64,000 bases of DNA from Octopus bimaculoides (taxonomy: Eukaryota). The stretch is taken from NCBI RefSeq assembly GCF_001194135.2, contig NC_068994.1, forward strand, positions 31,224,755-31,288,754, given 5' to 3'. The notes beneath the pieces are model-generated. The model searched no databases. It had not been told where the DNA came from and saw nothing but the letters and a program-made list of their open reading frames with translations. Positions 25,028 through 39,206 of this stretch are shown here, in pieces; positions within the stretch are counted from its first letter, which is position 1; each line of letters starts with the position of its first letter. The translations under genes were made by a program, and so were the position numbers.

Positions 25028-25865
25028 TATATGTATGTGCGTGTGTATGGGGAGGTGGATGGATGGATACGTGTGTGTGTGTGCCTTCATGCTTGTGTTT
25101 TCCCACCACTACCACTTGACTACTTTGGTGTTTTTTTGTTTTGTTTTGTTTTTTTACATCACCCATAACCTAGCAGTTTGGCAAAGGACACCAGTAAAAT
25201 AAGTCCCAGTCTTAAAAGTAAGTCATTTTTTCAACTAAACCCTTCTGGGTCGATGTCTTCGACTAAGACCTTTGAGGCAATGCCCCAGTATGGCCACAAT
25301 CCAATGATTGAAACAATGAATAAAGAGGGAAAAAAGATCAGATATAAACACAAATGTCATAATTAGAGAGAACAAGCGGTGTTAACTGACATTATTGTTT
25401 AGCTGAGGAAGCAAGGGAGGCAACTTGATGGACATTACCTGTATTGCCCAGGATTGTAGATAACTGTGACAGGGGAGACAAAATCGATGAAAGATTGAAT
25501 CTTGAGTGATAGCAGAGGTAGGATTAGCAATGATAGAAACCAGACAGATGAAGGACAAAAGTATAACTGACTGAAAACACAGGTGGAGACAAGTAATTCT
25601 TAAACAAGCCAATAAGGTAGTTTCTGTGTAATCATTCAACCTGCTACATACAGCAAATTTCTTTCAAATTATATCCTGTGTCTTACATAGAGAATACAAC
25701 TGACAATGTGGTCCCTGATACGAAAGACACGTTAAATAATGGCGTCTTAGATACTTCAAAAAAGATTGGATGGTAACAACTGGAGCACTGTCGATCATAT
25801 AAGCTTGCATGATTAGGGCTGACCTGACACTAAACCACAACCTGTTCTTACATACCATACTCTCT

Positions 25866-26092
25866 CTTTTACTCTTTTACTTGTTTCAGTCATTTGACTG
25901 CGGCCATGCTGGAGCACCGCCTTTAGTCAAGCAAATCGACCCCAGGACTTATTCTTTGGAAGCCTAGTACTTATTCTATCGGTCTCTTTTGCCGAACCGC
26001 TAAGTTACGGGGACGTAAACACACCAGCATTGGTTGTCAAGCGATGTTGGGGGGACAAACACAGACACACACATACACACAAACACACACAT

Positions 26093-26133
<41 letters not shown>

Positions 26134-26293
26134 TACGACGGACTTCTTTCAGTTTCCGTCTACCAAATCCACTCACAAGGCTTTGGTCGGCCCGAAGCTA
26201 TAGTACAAGACACTTGCCCAAGGTGCCACGCAGTGGGACTGTACCCAGAACCATGTGGTTGGTAAGCAAGCTACTTACCACACAGCCACGTGC
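25866..26293 (-). mobile_element. SINE family A, full length, young
   Basis: tRNA-like head, internal (TA/CA)n, CpGs retained; colinear with 59779-60168. Confidence 0.93.
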
Positions 26294-26598
26294 CCATCAG
26301 AGTGATATGGTGATTTAAAAGGACAGCAATTATTGTGCCTTTCAGAGATGTACTTGCAGGCAAATGACTTGACCTGAGATTTCATTAAACAATTACGTGG
26401 AATACTTAATTAGTTCTTCAAAAACACAGCAAAGATTATTAACTTCACTCAAACATTCATTTAGATGCAACAAAAATTTTGATACCAAAAAATAAATGTT
26501 TAAGTGATATTGACTGTCTTTGTGTATTTTTGAATTATATTTCCATTAATTATCATTATAATAATTGATAACCACAAAGATGATAATTCTTCCTTTAA

Positions 26599-26718
<120 letters not shown>

Positions 26719-27326
26719 TGAATTTATTTCTCCTTTTTGTCTTTAGTTCATTTTTTTTTTTAGCCTTCGCTGTTAAGAACTTACTGAGGAACTGTCTTCA
26801 TTGTCCTCCTCATTTATCTCATTTATATATACATACATATATATATACAGGAGTGACTGTGTGGTAAGAAGTTTGCTTCCAAACCATATGGTTCCAAGTT
26901 CAGTCTCACTGCGTGGCACCTTGGGCAAGTGTCTTTTACTATAGCCTTGTCATAGATTTGGTAGACGGAAACTGAAAGAAGTCCGTCATGTGTATGTGTG
27001 TATATATATATATATTTGTATGTGTGTCTTATTATTTTCATCATCATCATTATTATCATCAGCATCAGAAGCAGTAAGGTGGCAAGCAGCCAGAATCAAT
27101 AGGACGCCATACTAAATGGTTTGCAGTATCTAATCTGTCTTTACATTACAAGTTCAAATTCCATCAAGGTTGACTTTTCTTCTCATTCTTTCTGGATCGA
27201 AAAAATGCAAAGCAGTTGTGCACTGTTATCAATGTCATTGACTAGCCCCTCCCTATAAAATTTCAGGCCTTGTGCCTGAAATTTTCTACAGTAGAAAGAA
27301 TTATTACTATTGTTATCATTATTATC

Positions 27327-27530
27327 AAGGTGGTGAGCTGGCAGCATCATTAGCATGCTGGACAAAATGCTTAGCAGTATGTGGTCACTATATTCTGAGT
27401 TCAAATTCTGCTGAGGTTCACTTTTCCTTTCATCCTTTCAGGGTCGATGAAATAAGTATCAATCACACACTGGGTCAATGAAATCGACTACCCCTTTCCA
27501 CAGAAATTTCACGCCTTGTGCCTATAGTAG
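27327..27530 (+). mobile_element. CORE-like SINE family B
   Basis: ggtggtgagctggcag..gagttcaaattctgctgagg..ctttcatcctttcagggtcgatgaaataagta..ccttgtgcctatagtagaaagg. Confidence 0.85.
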
Positions 27531-28770
27531 AAAGGATTGTTAGATGCACCCAGTGCAAGCTATGGACACATAAGAGGTGCAGCAATATCAAAGGAAGGTT
27601 AACTAGGAAGTTAGTTTTCGTTTGTAGATGTTCAGGAGCTATAAACACTGTAAATGTGCAGAAAACAACTTCTGCCACATTCCAGGGAGAAAAACTAGAA
27701 GTGGTTGATAGCTTCCGCTATCTTGATGACCAAATTAGTAGTGGGGNNNNNNNNNNNNNNNNNNNNNNNNNNNNNNNNNNNNNNNNNNNNNNNNNNNNNN
27801 NNNNNNNNNNNNNNNNNNNNNNNNNNNNNNNNNNNNNNNNNNNNNNNNNNNNNNNNNNNNNNNNNNNNNNNNNNNNNNNNNNNNNNNNNNNNNNNNNNNN
27901 NNNNNNNNNNNNNNNNNNNNNNNNNNNNNNNNNNNNNNNNNNNNNNNNNNNNNNNNNNNNNNNNNNNNNNNNNNNNNNNNNNNNNNNNNNNNNNNNNNNN
28001 NNNNNNNNNNNNNNNNNNNNNNNNNNNNNNNNNNNNNNNNNNNNNNNNNNNNNNNNNNNNNNNNNNNNNNNNNNNNNNNNNNNNNNNNNNNNNNNNNNNN
28101 NNNNNNNNNNNNNNNNNNNNNNNNNNNNNNNNNNNNNNNNNNNNNNNNNNNNNNNNNNNNNNNNNNNNNNNNNNNNNNNNNNNNNNNNNNNNNNNNNNNN
28201 NNNNNNNNNNNNNNNNNNNNNNNNNNNNNNNNNNNNNNNNNNNNNNNNNNNNNNNNNNNNNNNNNNNNNNNNNNNNNNNNNNNNNNNNNNNNNNNNNNNN
28301 NNNNNNNNNNNNNNNNNNNNNNNNNNNNNNNNNNNNNNNNNNNNNNNNNNNNNNNNNNNNNNNNNNNNNNNNNNNNNNNNNNNNNNNNNNNNNNNNNNNN
28401 NNNNNNNNNNNNNNNNNNNNNNNNNNNNNNNNNNNCGTGATGGCACTTGTGCCGGTGGCACATGTAAGGACATTCGAGCGAGATCGTTGCCAGTGCCGCT
28501 GGACTGGCTCCCGTGCAGGTGGCACATAAAAGACACCATTTTGAGCATGGCCGTTGCCAGTACCGCTTGTCTGGCCTTCGTGCCGGTGGCACATAAAAGC
28601 ACCCACTACACTCTCGGAGTGGTTGGCCTTAGGAAGGGCATCCAGCTGTAGAAACTCTGCCAAATCAGATTGGAGCCTGGTGTAACCACCTGGTTTACCA
28701 GTCCTCAGTCAAATTGTCCAACCCATGCTAGCATGGAAAGCGGACGTTAAACGATGATGATGATGATGAT
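27531..28770 (+). mobile_element. RTE LINE 3' part spanning an N-gap, including a PHD-like insert and a repeated-motif 3'UTR
   Basis: RCTQCKLWTHKRC..FVCRC..LEVVDSFRYL before the gap; gccggtggcaca repeats and an (GAT)n tail after it. Confidence 0.8.
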
Positions 28771-28789
28771 GGTGATTATTATTATGGTG

Positions 28790-29160
28790 GCAAGCTCCAG
28801 ACAAAATACTTAATGGCATTTCATCTGTTTTTATGTATCAGGTTCAAATGCTGCTGGGATCAACTTTGCTTGTCATCCTCTAAAATTTCTACCCTTCTGC
28901 CAAAATTTGAAACCATTACTTTTATTATTATTATTTTTATTATTATTAAGGCAGAATTGTTACTGCTCTGGACCAAATGTGTTGTGGCATTTCTTCTGGC
29001 TTTGTGTTCTGAGTTCAAATGCCATTGAGGTTGACTTTGCCCTTCCAGGTCAAGTCAATAAAACAAGTACCAGTTGAGCACTGAAGTTATCACTATTGAC
29101 TAATTTACTCTCACCAAAATTTCCGGCCTTGTGCTTGTAGTAGAAAGGATTATCATTATT
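28790..29160 (+). mobile_element. Two tandem family-B SINE remnants
   Basis: Same head and CORE-like motifs, each flanked by (ATT)n. Confidence 0.7.
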
Positions 29161-29271
29161 ATTATTATTTCATTGACCTGCTGTATTTAACAAGTAATTA
29201 TTTATTGACCAACTTCATAAAGGACAAAAGTTGTTAAGAGAATACGGTGCTGGTGATGATCTTAGAATTAA

Positions 29272-29532
<261 letters not shown>

Positions 29533-29534
29533 TA

Positions 29535-29735
29535 AAGGCACAAGGCCTGAAATTTGTAGGGAGAGGACTAGTTGATTATCTTGACCCCAGTATTTCACTG
29601 GTACTTAATTTATCAACCCCAAAAGGATGAAAGGCAAAGTCAACCTCGGCAGAATTTGAACTCAGAACATATCAACAGACAAAATACCACTAAGCATTTC
29701 ACTCAGGTTGCTAACAACTCTGCCTGCTCGCCACC
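29535..29735 (-). mobile_element. CORE-like SINE family B
   Basis: Reverse complement of family B, with (ATT)n on both sides of the element strand. Confidence 0.85.
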
Positions 29736-30457
29736 TTCCATAATAATAATAATCATCATCATCATTATATTATAAAAGAGAAGCTGATTTCCATCTGTCT
29801 GACCCTCACAAGATATATGTAGAAGGCGGGAAAAAGTGGAGGAATCAAGAAGGAAGATAATTCATGTCATAACATATATGTAGAAGAGGGAAGAAATGGA
29901 GGAATCAAAAGGGGAGATAACTCATGTCACAACAAATTAGTAGAGAAAAAGTTGTTGAGAGAGATTGTGTGTGAAAGATAGATAGGTAGTGTTATCACCA
30001 TAGTGACTAACAAGTTTTAATTAAAAAAACAAGAATTTTAACTGTATCTACTTGATTCAGTGTTCATGTACAGACAATTTTAAATTGTTAATAGCAGAGT
30101 GGATGACCCTGAAAACCAGTGTATACATGCAAACCAAACAGAATTCAGCAGCACAGCCAAGAAGAAACAAGATGAAAGCAAAAGAACTTTGACAAGGAAT
30201 GTTCTTTATCACAAAGTTATTATATGATATATTGTTCAGTGAATATACTTATTGTGTAGAATATGAAAAAAAGTATTTTAGAAAAATGCTGTTGTTCAAC
30301 AGTATTCAAGTTGTTATTAATCTTCATTGGGAAAGTCAATCTAAACATTATTTGAAAAATTTATTAAGGTATATGTATGATTAACAAATATTTTTACAGA
30401 CAATGTAGGAACTGGTAAAGACCTAGTAGTAGTAATTATTATTATTATTATTATTTA

Positions 30458-30645
30458 AGACAGTGAGCCGGCAATCATTAGCACACCAGGCAAAATGCTT
30501 AGCAGTATTTCATGTCTTCACGTTCTGGTTCAAATGCTGCAGGAGTCAATAAATTAAGTACCAGTTACGCACTGGAATCAATGTAATCAACTGGTCCCCT
30601 CCCCCAAAATTTCAGGCCTTGTGCCTATAGTAGAAAGGATTATTA
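30458..30645 (+). mobile_element. CORE-like SINE family B
   Basis: Same head and tail (..ggccttgtgcctatagtagaaaggattattatt). Confidence 0.85.
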
Positions 30646-31511
30646 TTATTATCATTATTTGCCTTTGCTTTAATTTGTACAAGCTGCACCCAAGTCTCAA
30701 CCAGAGATGTCAAATGACGGCAAGTTTTTGCATCTAAAGATGCAAACAGGTGAGGTACCATGCAACTGAAAAATTAATGCCTAAAATCAATCCTTTTTTT
30801 TAATAAAATTTATAATAAAACTGAATAAGATTATATTTACATGGAGAAGAAATTACATGGAATAAATATTATTATTATTGTTGTTATTAAACCTAGAATT
30901 AACTACATCTTGGGAAATGTATGTGACAAATGTTAACAAAAATGTACTCGATGTTGTGCATGAATGCCTTAGCAATGTTTATAAATTTTAGTATTGCTAT
31001 TATCTAGAATATTTCAATGTCTTTCTGTTATTTGTAATCTGTCAATGTCCTTACAGCAGTCATTTATGCATCCGTTGGCCATGGTATCACAGTGGTTTGA
31101 CCAGGGCTGGCAAACTGGAAGGCTGTACCAGACTCCAGTCTGATTTGGCATGGTTTCTACAGCTGGATGCCCTTCCTAACACCAACCACTCCAAAAGTGT
31201 AATAGGTGCTTTTACTTGCTACCAGCATGGATGCCATTTGTGTGACACCAGTATCTGCCTCGACTGTGATTTTATTTGATGGGTCTTCTTCTCAAGCACG
31301 ACATAATGCAAAGATCTCATTCATTGCCTCCATGAGGTCCAGCACTTAAAAGGCGCTTTTTACATGTCACTGGCATGGATGCCAGTTACATGACACCAGC
31401 ATCAGCCACAACTGATCAAGACATTTCTTAACTGCTATAAAGTTTTGTTTTGCTTCTGTTATTATCATCATCATCATCATTATTATCATCATCACCACCA
31501 TTATTACCATT

Positions 31512-32105
31512 TAGGCAGGAAGCTGGCAGAATCATTAGCCCATCAGACAAAGCGCTTAGCAGCATTTCTTTTGGCTCTTTATGTTCTGGGTTCAAATTCT
31601 GACAAGTTCAGGTCTGCCTTTCATACTTATTGGGTTGATAAAATAAAGTACCAGTTGAATACTGGGGGTTGATGTAATCAACTTACTCCTCTCACTGAAC
31701 TTACTGGCTTTGTTCCAAAATTTGAAACCCTTATTATTATTATCATGCTATGGTCAACTTTGCCTTTTTGTTGTCTAGGATGGTTGAAGAAATGAAGTAC
31801 CACTCATTCACTGAAATCAGTTAAACTGACTGCAGTCTTTCCCAAAAGTGTATGGCCATTGTACCCAAAGTAGAAATCATCTTAGGTATTTCTTAATTGC
31901 AATTTCTTAATTGCATTCCGTCAAATGTATGGAGTTAAAGTGAAAAAACTTTACTTTCTGAGTTCAAATACCACTGAGGTTGACTTTGCTTTTCATCCTT
32001 CTGGGGGTCAATAAAATAAGTATCAGTCAAGTACTGGGGCCAATGGTTTCGACTAATACCCTCCCCTCAAAATTGTTGGCCTTGTGCCAATATTTGAAAC
32101 AATTA
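31512..32105 (+). mobile_element. Tandem array of about three family-B SINE remnants
   Basis: Repeated ctttcat..gataaaataaagtaccag and ccaaaatttgaaac ends, separated by (ATT)n. Confidence 0.75.
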
Positions 32106-32739
32106 TTATTATTCTATTCTTTTTAACTCTTGTTTTGTTGGAATTCCTGGAGTCTTGCATGCATAGTGGGCTTGCTACCTGCAACCTACAGTAGTATGCT
32201 ATCTGTTTTTCAACTTATACTTTCCTGATGATTCTGGCCATACTAAGGAAGCAAACCTTTTATAACAGCTCTACTAGGCATTCTATTTCGATTTCCATTA
32301 TATTCCTCTTGGTGCTTTCTGATACCATCCCCAAGGATCCAACAATAATTGGCATATTATTATTGTTGTTGTTATCATTATTGTCATCATCATCATTATA
32401 CTTCATTGAATAGTATGGTTATAAAATCCTGTATGCTTTTGTTTGTTTTTCTTCTTCATGTTAACTGTCAGGCCTTAACAAAAAGCCTTAAGCAGAAAGT
32501 ACCTTTCTAAAATTATGAGCTGCTCTAAAAAGGAGATATCTCTATTTTTAAATCAGAATTTTTTTGTACTTCTATGTTTTCAAGAGTTTTTTTGTACCTC
32601 TTTGCTTTCAATGTTTTTGTCTGAAAGAATTACAACATCTAATATAAGTCATTCTCTCTTTTTTATGTCTCTTAGGATATCTGGTCTGAAATGCTGATAA
32701 AATTGTGATATTTTTTTTTCTCTTTTTTCTCTTTTCTAG

Positions 32740-32847
32740 ACTCATCGTGACGATAATGTATTTGAGAACGGACTAGAAGCACTCAGCCAGATTAGTGCCA
32801 CAACTAAAGATGCCCTTAATATTCACCTGAAATCATTTCTGCTTGCT
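32740..32847 (+). CDS. PACRGL: PACRG-like protein, coding exon 5
   Basis: Long polypyrimidine tract..ctag|THRDDNVFENGLEALSQISATTKDALNIHLKSFLLA|gtaggt; 108 nt, equivalent to VHSDDEVFERGLNAL.. in PACRGL. Confidence 0.93.
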
Positions 32848-32959
32848 GTAGGTTCATTTGATTTTGTTTTTTCTTTCTTTGACAGACAGACACACACACA
32901 CACACACACATCTTNNNNNNNNNNCTTTGACAGACAGACACACACACACACACACACAT

Positions 32960-33850
32960 CTTTAGTCAATCAGTCAGTCCATCCCTTGCATGTTTGCACA
33001 TCAGGTAGCAGATCCCCTCCAATGTTCTTAATAGGTTGCGCTCTATGTTTCCCCACTGTCTGTTGACAGCTTTAGGTTCAGTGCTATATAACCCATGGTC
33101 TTCCCCTACTTCCTCCTGCTGATGTTCATCAACCATCTGTCTGCTGCAACATGTGATCAGCCAATCACATCCGTTGTTCCATTATTATGTCTTAGAATCT
33201 TGGTGACGATATTCTTCTGTTTGCATGTTGTGTCATAATGACATCAGTGCAACGCATGGCAGGTGGGTATCATATGTAACATCGTCTTTAGCTGAAGTCT
33301 AATTTTCCAGCAAATCAAAGAATGATCCATGTCACAGTCAGTTCTCTAGAAGAATCAAATCATAAGCACATATCTCAAGTGGCAACGTTTTGTGAATATC
33401 AGGTCAGTAGGTATCAATGTCTGAAGTGGGAAAATCTCCAAGACACTTTATGCTGATCTTCATTTTGGAAGTTATTATTAGTGACAAACAATCCATAGAA
33501 TGTGCAAAACTCAAGCAACTGTTGTCTGCTGTCATTTATGCTTGTTCCTGGAAGCTTGGTCAGAAGTCATGATTGGTACCCACTTTAACACTTAAGTTGC
33601 CCATCAACAGCAGCTATTCCCGATTTGGGGTCTCCTGAATTATCCTTGAGAGTTGGTCATAGAATTCATCTTTTGTAGAGTTGGGGGTCTAGGCATAGAC
33701 ACTGACAATGTTGACAGATCCGTCAAATGTATGGAGTTAAAGTAAAAAAATGTATCTGGTCCCTCTTTCATTGGGCTTCACTATCTTCAGTAGTGAGTTT
33801 CTAAACCCTTTTCCTACTAGAAAATAATATAGTCTTTCTCATTTAAAGTT
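32960..33850 (-). mobile_element. RTE (BovB-like) LINE with internal deletion (APE domain joined to C-terminus/3' tail)
   Basis: SVYA*TPNSTKDEFYDQL..LLLMGN (APE) lies within a few hundred bp of a GRP-containing C-terminus and a (GACT)n tail. Confidence 0.65.
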
Positions 33851-34037
33851 CCTGATTCTGCAACATATTTTCTGTTGGATTTCAATGCCCACATATATTT
33901 TAATAGTTCATTGTTAATCACTGCTGTCTTTCACATGTCACTGATTTTCATAGAATTCTCTTCAGGAAGAACACCTGGCTCAAAAAGTTCCATCCTACCT
34001 GTGCCAGTATAGAAAAGCAGACATATAAATGATGATG

Positions 34038-34077
<40 letters not shown>

Positions 34078-34429
34078 AAGGTTCATAAGTATATTACAAT
34101 TCCTAGCTGGAAAGGCAACTACTACTAGTTTCAAATATAAAGGTCTGGACCCTCTTCAGGTTGTGAGGTTGGACAAGGGAATTCAGAATTTTCTTCCAGG
34201 AATTGTCATATATTTTTGACTATCTACAACATTCCCCTCTATGCCCCCAAATGCTCTTTACTTTGGATTTACCAAACCAGGATCATAATATACACCTATA
34301 CAAAAAGGTACAAGAGTAAAGGTGATGTTTTAGATAGAAGTCATTACACAAGTACCAAATTGTTAGACCAGGTCATGAAAGTTACAGAAAGAGTTTAGAG
34401 CCTAATTAATTAAGAAGCTAATTAGGTTA

Positions 34430-35120
34430 GATAAGATGCAGTTTGATTTTGATTCAGAGAGAAGTACAACTAATGCCCTCATTCTAGTGAGACAATTGCC
34501 AGAAAAGTACTTAGCTAAAAATAAGCCATTGTAGTTGGACTTTGTTGACCTGGAGAAAATTTCAACAAAGTCTTTTGTTCTGTATTTGGTGGTCTCTGAG
34601 GAAGCTAGGTCTAAACAAATGGAATGTGAAAACCATAGAAGCTATGTAAAGGGTTGCTGTCAGTAAGGTGAGGGTCACTGACAAGTACAGCGATGTATGT
34701 ATATAAAGTACAGATAAGCTTTCACCAGAGCTCATAACAAGAATTTGAGACTGGTTGTCCTTGTGAACTATTGTGTGCTAAGGACCTTGTCCTTATATCA
34801 GAATCTATGATAGAATTAAAAAGAAATTCCCAGTGTGGAAACAAAATTCAGAATCAAAAGGCCTTAAAGTTAATGTGGTAAAGAGTTCTAGCCAGCAGGA
34901 AAACAGACAAGACTCTTCTCTCTGCAGGAAAATATTCCACTAGTGTTGGTGTTATAAAAAAAAGCAGCCAGTTCACTCTGTGAAGTGGTTAGTGTTAGGA
35001 AGGACATCCAGCCTTAGAAACTTTGCTAAAACAGACATTGGCGATTGATATGGTCTTCCATCCAAACCATTCAATGCATACCAGCATGGAAGACGGATGT
35101 TAAATCATAATGATGATGTT
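34430..35120 (+). mobile_element. Degenerate RTE LINE RT fragment and 3' tail
   Basis: RQLPEKYLAKNKPL*LDFVDLEK motif; same tail as 28620-28770. Confidence 0.75.
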
Positions 35121-35142
35121 GATACATATAATTTAGGCCCCT

Positions 35143-35176
<34 letters not shown>

Positions 35177-35302
35177 ATACTAAGTTACAAATATATGCAA
35201 ACAAATAAAAATGAATAAACTATGTATATATTTTAAACACAAGCCTAATAAATACATCCATCCTATCTTTGTCATGTGACACTATTTTTCTGACTGTCAC
35301 AG

Positions 35303-35383
35303 TTGGCCAAACGCCGGATGGAGAAGAAGTACAGAGATAAAGTAACTGAAGTGCTGGAGGATCTGGAACAGAATGGTGGCACT
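35303..35383 (+). CDS. PACRGL: PACRG-like protein, coding exon 6
   Basis: ctgtcacag|LAKRRMEKKYRDKVTEVLEDLEQNGGT|gtgagt; 81 nt. Confidence 0.93.
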
Positions 35384-35959
35384 GTGAGTATCTTTGTCAT
35401 TTATGTTACACAGATTAACTTCAGGCTGGAGTCAATTCTAGGGAAACATCTAGAGCAGTGGTTTTCAAATGGGTTCCATATGACCCTTAGGGGTTCATAT
35501 AAGATTTAGTTGTTGGAAATTATGTATAACAAATCAGGTTACTCTTCTCAATACACAAAATATTTTAGCAATATTCTCATTCAATTCCTAATGATAGCTA
35601 TATGTATAAAAGAGAGATTCTATCTGTTTGTGTTTGTTTGCCTACCAAAATGAAAGTAAATGGTTCAAGGGAAGCTATTATATATATATGTATCTATTAT
35701 CATTATTATTATAATTATTATTATTATTATTAACTTTATTATCTATTATTCATTTCTTTGTCCACCAAAATGAAAGTGAATGGTTCAAGGGAAGCTATTT
35801 TGTATATATATCTATTATTATTATTACTATATATATATATATATAACAGAGATATTCTGTCCATTTCTGTGTTTGTTTGTTCAAAATTATACTATGGTAC
35901 ATAAAAATAATTTCTGTTTAACAGGTTTAGATGGTCATGGTCTCACATGGTGAAACCAT

Positions 35960-36880
35960 CTAATAACAACTCCGTTCAGAAAGCTGGAATAATACATATA
36001 CGTACCAGAGGGGAGAGAGACACACACAACCAAATAGAATGTTCAACAGAAGATTTATTGATATGTTAACATGTGTGTCTGTGTGTGCATCATGTATACA
36101 GAATAATAGACCGGCCATCATGAGAACAAAGTGTATGTGTGTATAGGCATGGATGTATGCATGTGCATTAGGTACATATAAGAATAGCAATGAAGTGGAC
36201 AGTGAAAGAGTCTATAATGAGAAGTTAGAAGAATGTTCATAGACATAAGAAATGAGAGTACCAGTTTGTAACCAATTGTACAGGGTAATTGAAATACTGT
36301 ATCAAGTTGCAGTGATGATGCAAAGCTGGTTGCCGTACATGTTGTACGTGAAGTTGAGGCTGTAATACTGCTTCTTGGGTCACTTGGTACAGGAGTTCTT
36401 GCAGGTTGTATATTCACTGTTGATCCATGGTGAAGTACTTCACAAACAATGAAGTATTAGAACCTGTGCAAGTTGCTGGTTGAGCTGTGTACATAGAGAG
36501 ATGATGTTGACAACATTAAGAAGATAATGGTGGCAACACAGATGGAGGTTGCCGTAATGCTGTTGGACGGGTGTTGTCATCTGGTGTTATTGCTGGAACT
36601 AACTGTGTCTTGTGTGGTCAGTGGCTGGACCTTAAAGAGTCTGGAACTAAAGATCTCAAGACAAGGAGAAACTGGGTTTTTATAAGGAGCTGTGAGCTCT
36701 AACTGGGTTGAGAACAGGCTGTCTCATGTGATCTATTTAGGGGTTCTGACTGATTATACGCTGCGTATTGACACAACAGAGTAAGAGACAAATTGTGCCA
36801 ATACCAAACAGAGTAGTGGTCATAATGGGGTCCAAATAGTGGCCAAAGGTTAGCTGTTATCTGCTATGCTGGGATACACA
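35960..36880 (-). mobile_element. Solo-LTR-like sequence, antisense in PACRGL intron 6
   Basis: Minus strand starts TGTG.., has TATAAAAA (plus 36677-36684), AATAAA (plus 36054-36059) and a GT-rich tract downstream. No clear terminal CA or TSD. Confidence 0.35.
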
Positions 36881-39206
36881 TATATATAATAAAGGGGAGA
36901 GAGGAATTTCACTCAATCGTTCACTACACAGGTATCACATTGAAAGCTATTAAATTACAAAGTGTTTGTGTTGTTTATAATAAACTTTATTTTACATTTC
37001 TTGCCCACAAGTGATTATGTCTGCTCTTTAGCATACTTCTGTATGTCATCTCAAATCATGATCACAGGAAAAGTTGTTGATAATTCTTATCAACTAAAAC
37101 AAAGCTGATAAATATGCACAAGTGTTGCAAAATAAGTTTAATTACCAATAAACATCAGCTTGGATAGCACTTTATTCAACCGACAGAGGAAGATGACCAA
37201 TCAAACTGATTATGTAAATAGAATTCTGATTGGTTGAAAGTGTCTTCTTGTCTCAAGCTCTGATTTTCTGCCTATTCTTGTCAGAACCTTTGATATGGAG
37301 TATCGAAATTTTAATCCCTTTCACACTTATAAAATGTCAAGTAAACTTTAAAATTTGTCATTACCGTTTTAGCTGGGAGACCAAACTGATAGTTTGGTAA
37401 CCCGCTAAAATAAACATTAAAAACCGAAAGGAGAAAATAAACAGCTTTGTAAATTTAACTCAGTGTTTATTGAACAAGAGAGGTACACAATTTAAGAAGT
37501 GACTTGTTAGAATATACACATCTGTGAGGAGACATAAACAAAAATAGCAAAGATCTATTATGCCAAAAGAACTGGTAATACATACATTACAAGTGTTCTA
37601 TGAAGAGAACATAAGATTGCTGCATAATTCAACATGAATGTGAAACGACATTAAACATCGTTTAAGGTAAATGAAGGTTTCTGTAGGAATGCTAAGTCAT
37701 ATTCACTTAGTGAGTTTACATGTGCAAGGATGAATTTTGATGTTGTCGTTGTCGGCGTTAGATGCAGTAAGAGCTGATAGTGGTGATGTCAGCGGTGAGG
37801 AATTTCAATGTGTTGTAACATGGAGAAAGTGAGTAAATAGCTTCCTGGTGCAAACGCAAGCTAGACTCTCTAAGTGGAAAAAAATTATCTATTTAAGGAA
37901 ATTGCTAGGCTCCATTGCGATTGCTAGATGCTCCAAGCAATATAAAATATGGCCCAAACCATGATTACCAGCATGAATATCATGTATTTAACCATTTTAT
38001 GATTTTAGTAAATTTATACAGAAAACATAAGCATTATACCATCCAGCATAAATAAAAGTCAAATACATTATATTTTTTCTGTAAAAACCTATTCTGACAT
38101 TAAATGAGTCCACTTCCTGTATGAATGTTTACATTTGTATATAATTTTACAAAAAAAATTTCTAAAAAAAATTCTGGAAACGATCTACTCATGTAATTTA
38201 AGTTTATTTTTGTTTTTGCGGAAAAAAAGTGCGTAAATTACATGGGTTTCTATGGTATTTTTTAGAACCACAAAGAATGATTAACAGTTAAGTAAATTTA
38301 ACATAGAATGTTTACCACCACACTTAATTTTATACCCTTAGTTGAGCAGTATGTAAGGCGAAAATATGCAGGTTTCACTTAATTGAGCCTCAAGCCTTTT
38401 TTGACGCCCTTTGTAAGAATGTCCAGGCATAAATGTAGACAGCCATTATATTGTGTTTACCTTCAATAACAGCATAAAACAATAAGCTGGAGATTCACCT
38501 TTAGAACTGCAATTTTATAAATGAAGTTCTAGCTTATCGTATTATGGTTATATCTGCATCGTCGTCCCCCACCTCAATCGGTGCCCAGGACACTTGCTCC
38601 CCTAGTTAAACTACTGCATGTATATCAGTGTATTTGGAGAAAACAAAGGAATCAAAGACAATACAAAGTGATGTAGATTGACTAAGAGAGAAAAAGAAAA
38701 AATAAGTGAGGGAGAAAATGATTCATGTATTTGATGATAGACAGCATAAGATGCAGTAAGAAGGTCAATAAAGTATTTGGTGACAGACAGCAGAGGAAAT
38801 TGCAGCTATAGTCTTAATATTAAAATGTCATTATCTGATGGGAACAAAACATCTTCATTTATATTTGTCTATAATTTATGGCTGTCACAAACAAACCCCA
38901 TAATTTTTATGGATACTGCACTGCTCTGTGTGTGTGTCGATATATATATATATACTTTACTTAAAAGTGGCAGAAATATAACAAAAGCTGTTACTCAGAG
39001 TTTATATATATAAACACACTCTCACACATAAATTAATTCAAAATCACGTATTCTGGGAAAGAAGAAATGGGTTTAGTGGATAGTGCAAGATCTGGGTGGG
39101 AAGACATAGGTGACGAGAGGAGAAAGCAGTTGAATTGGGTAGTTCTTGATGTAACAGGTCAATTTAATCCATTTTCATGAAGTTCTTTTTTGTTTGATCC
39201 TTACAG

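Noticed and set aside
32876-32963. Direct duplication ctttgacagacagac(ac)n..tctt around a 10-N gap
   Set aside because: Typical overlap artefact at a scaffold gap.
35640-35800. Two copies of accaaaatgaaagt(a/g)aatggttcaagggaagctatt
   Set aside because: Only two units separated by AT microsatellite; a local duplication, not a CRISPR or other array.
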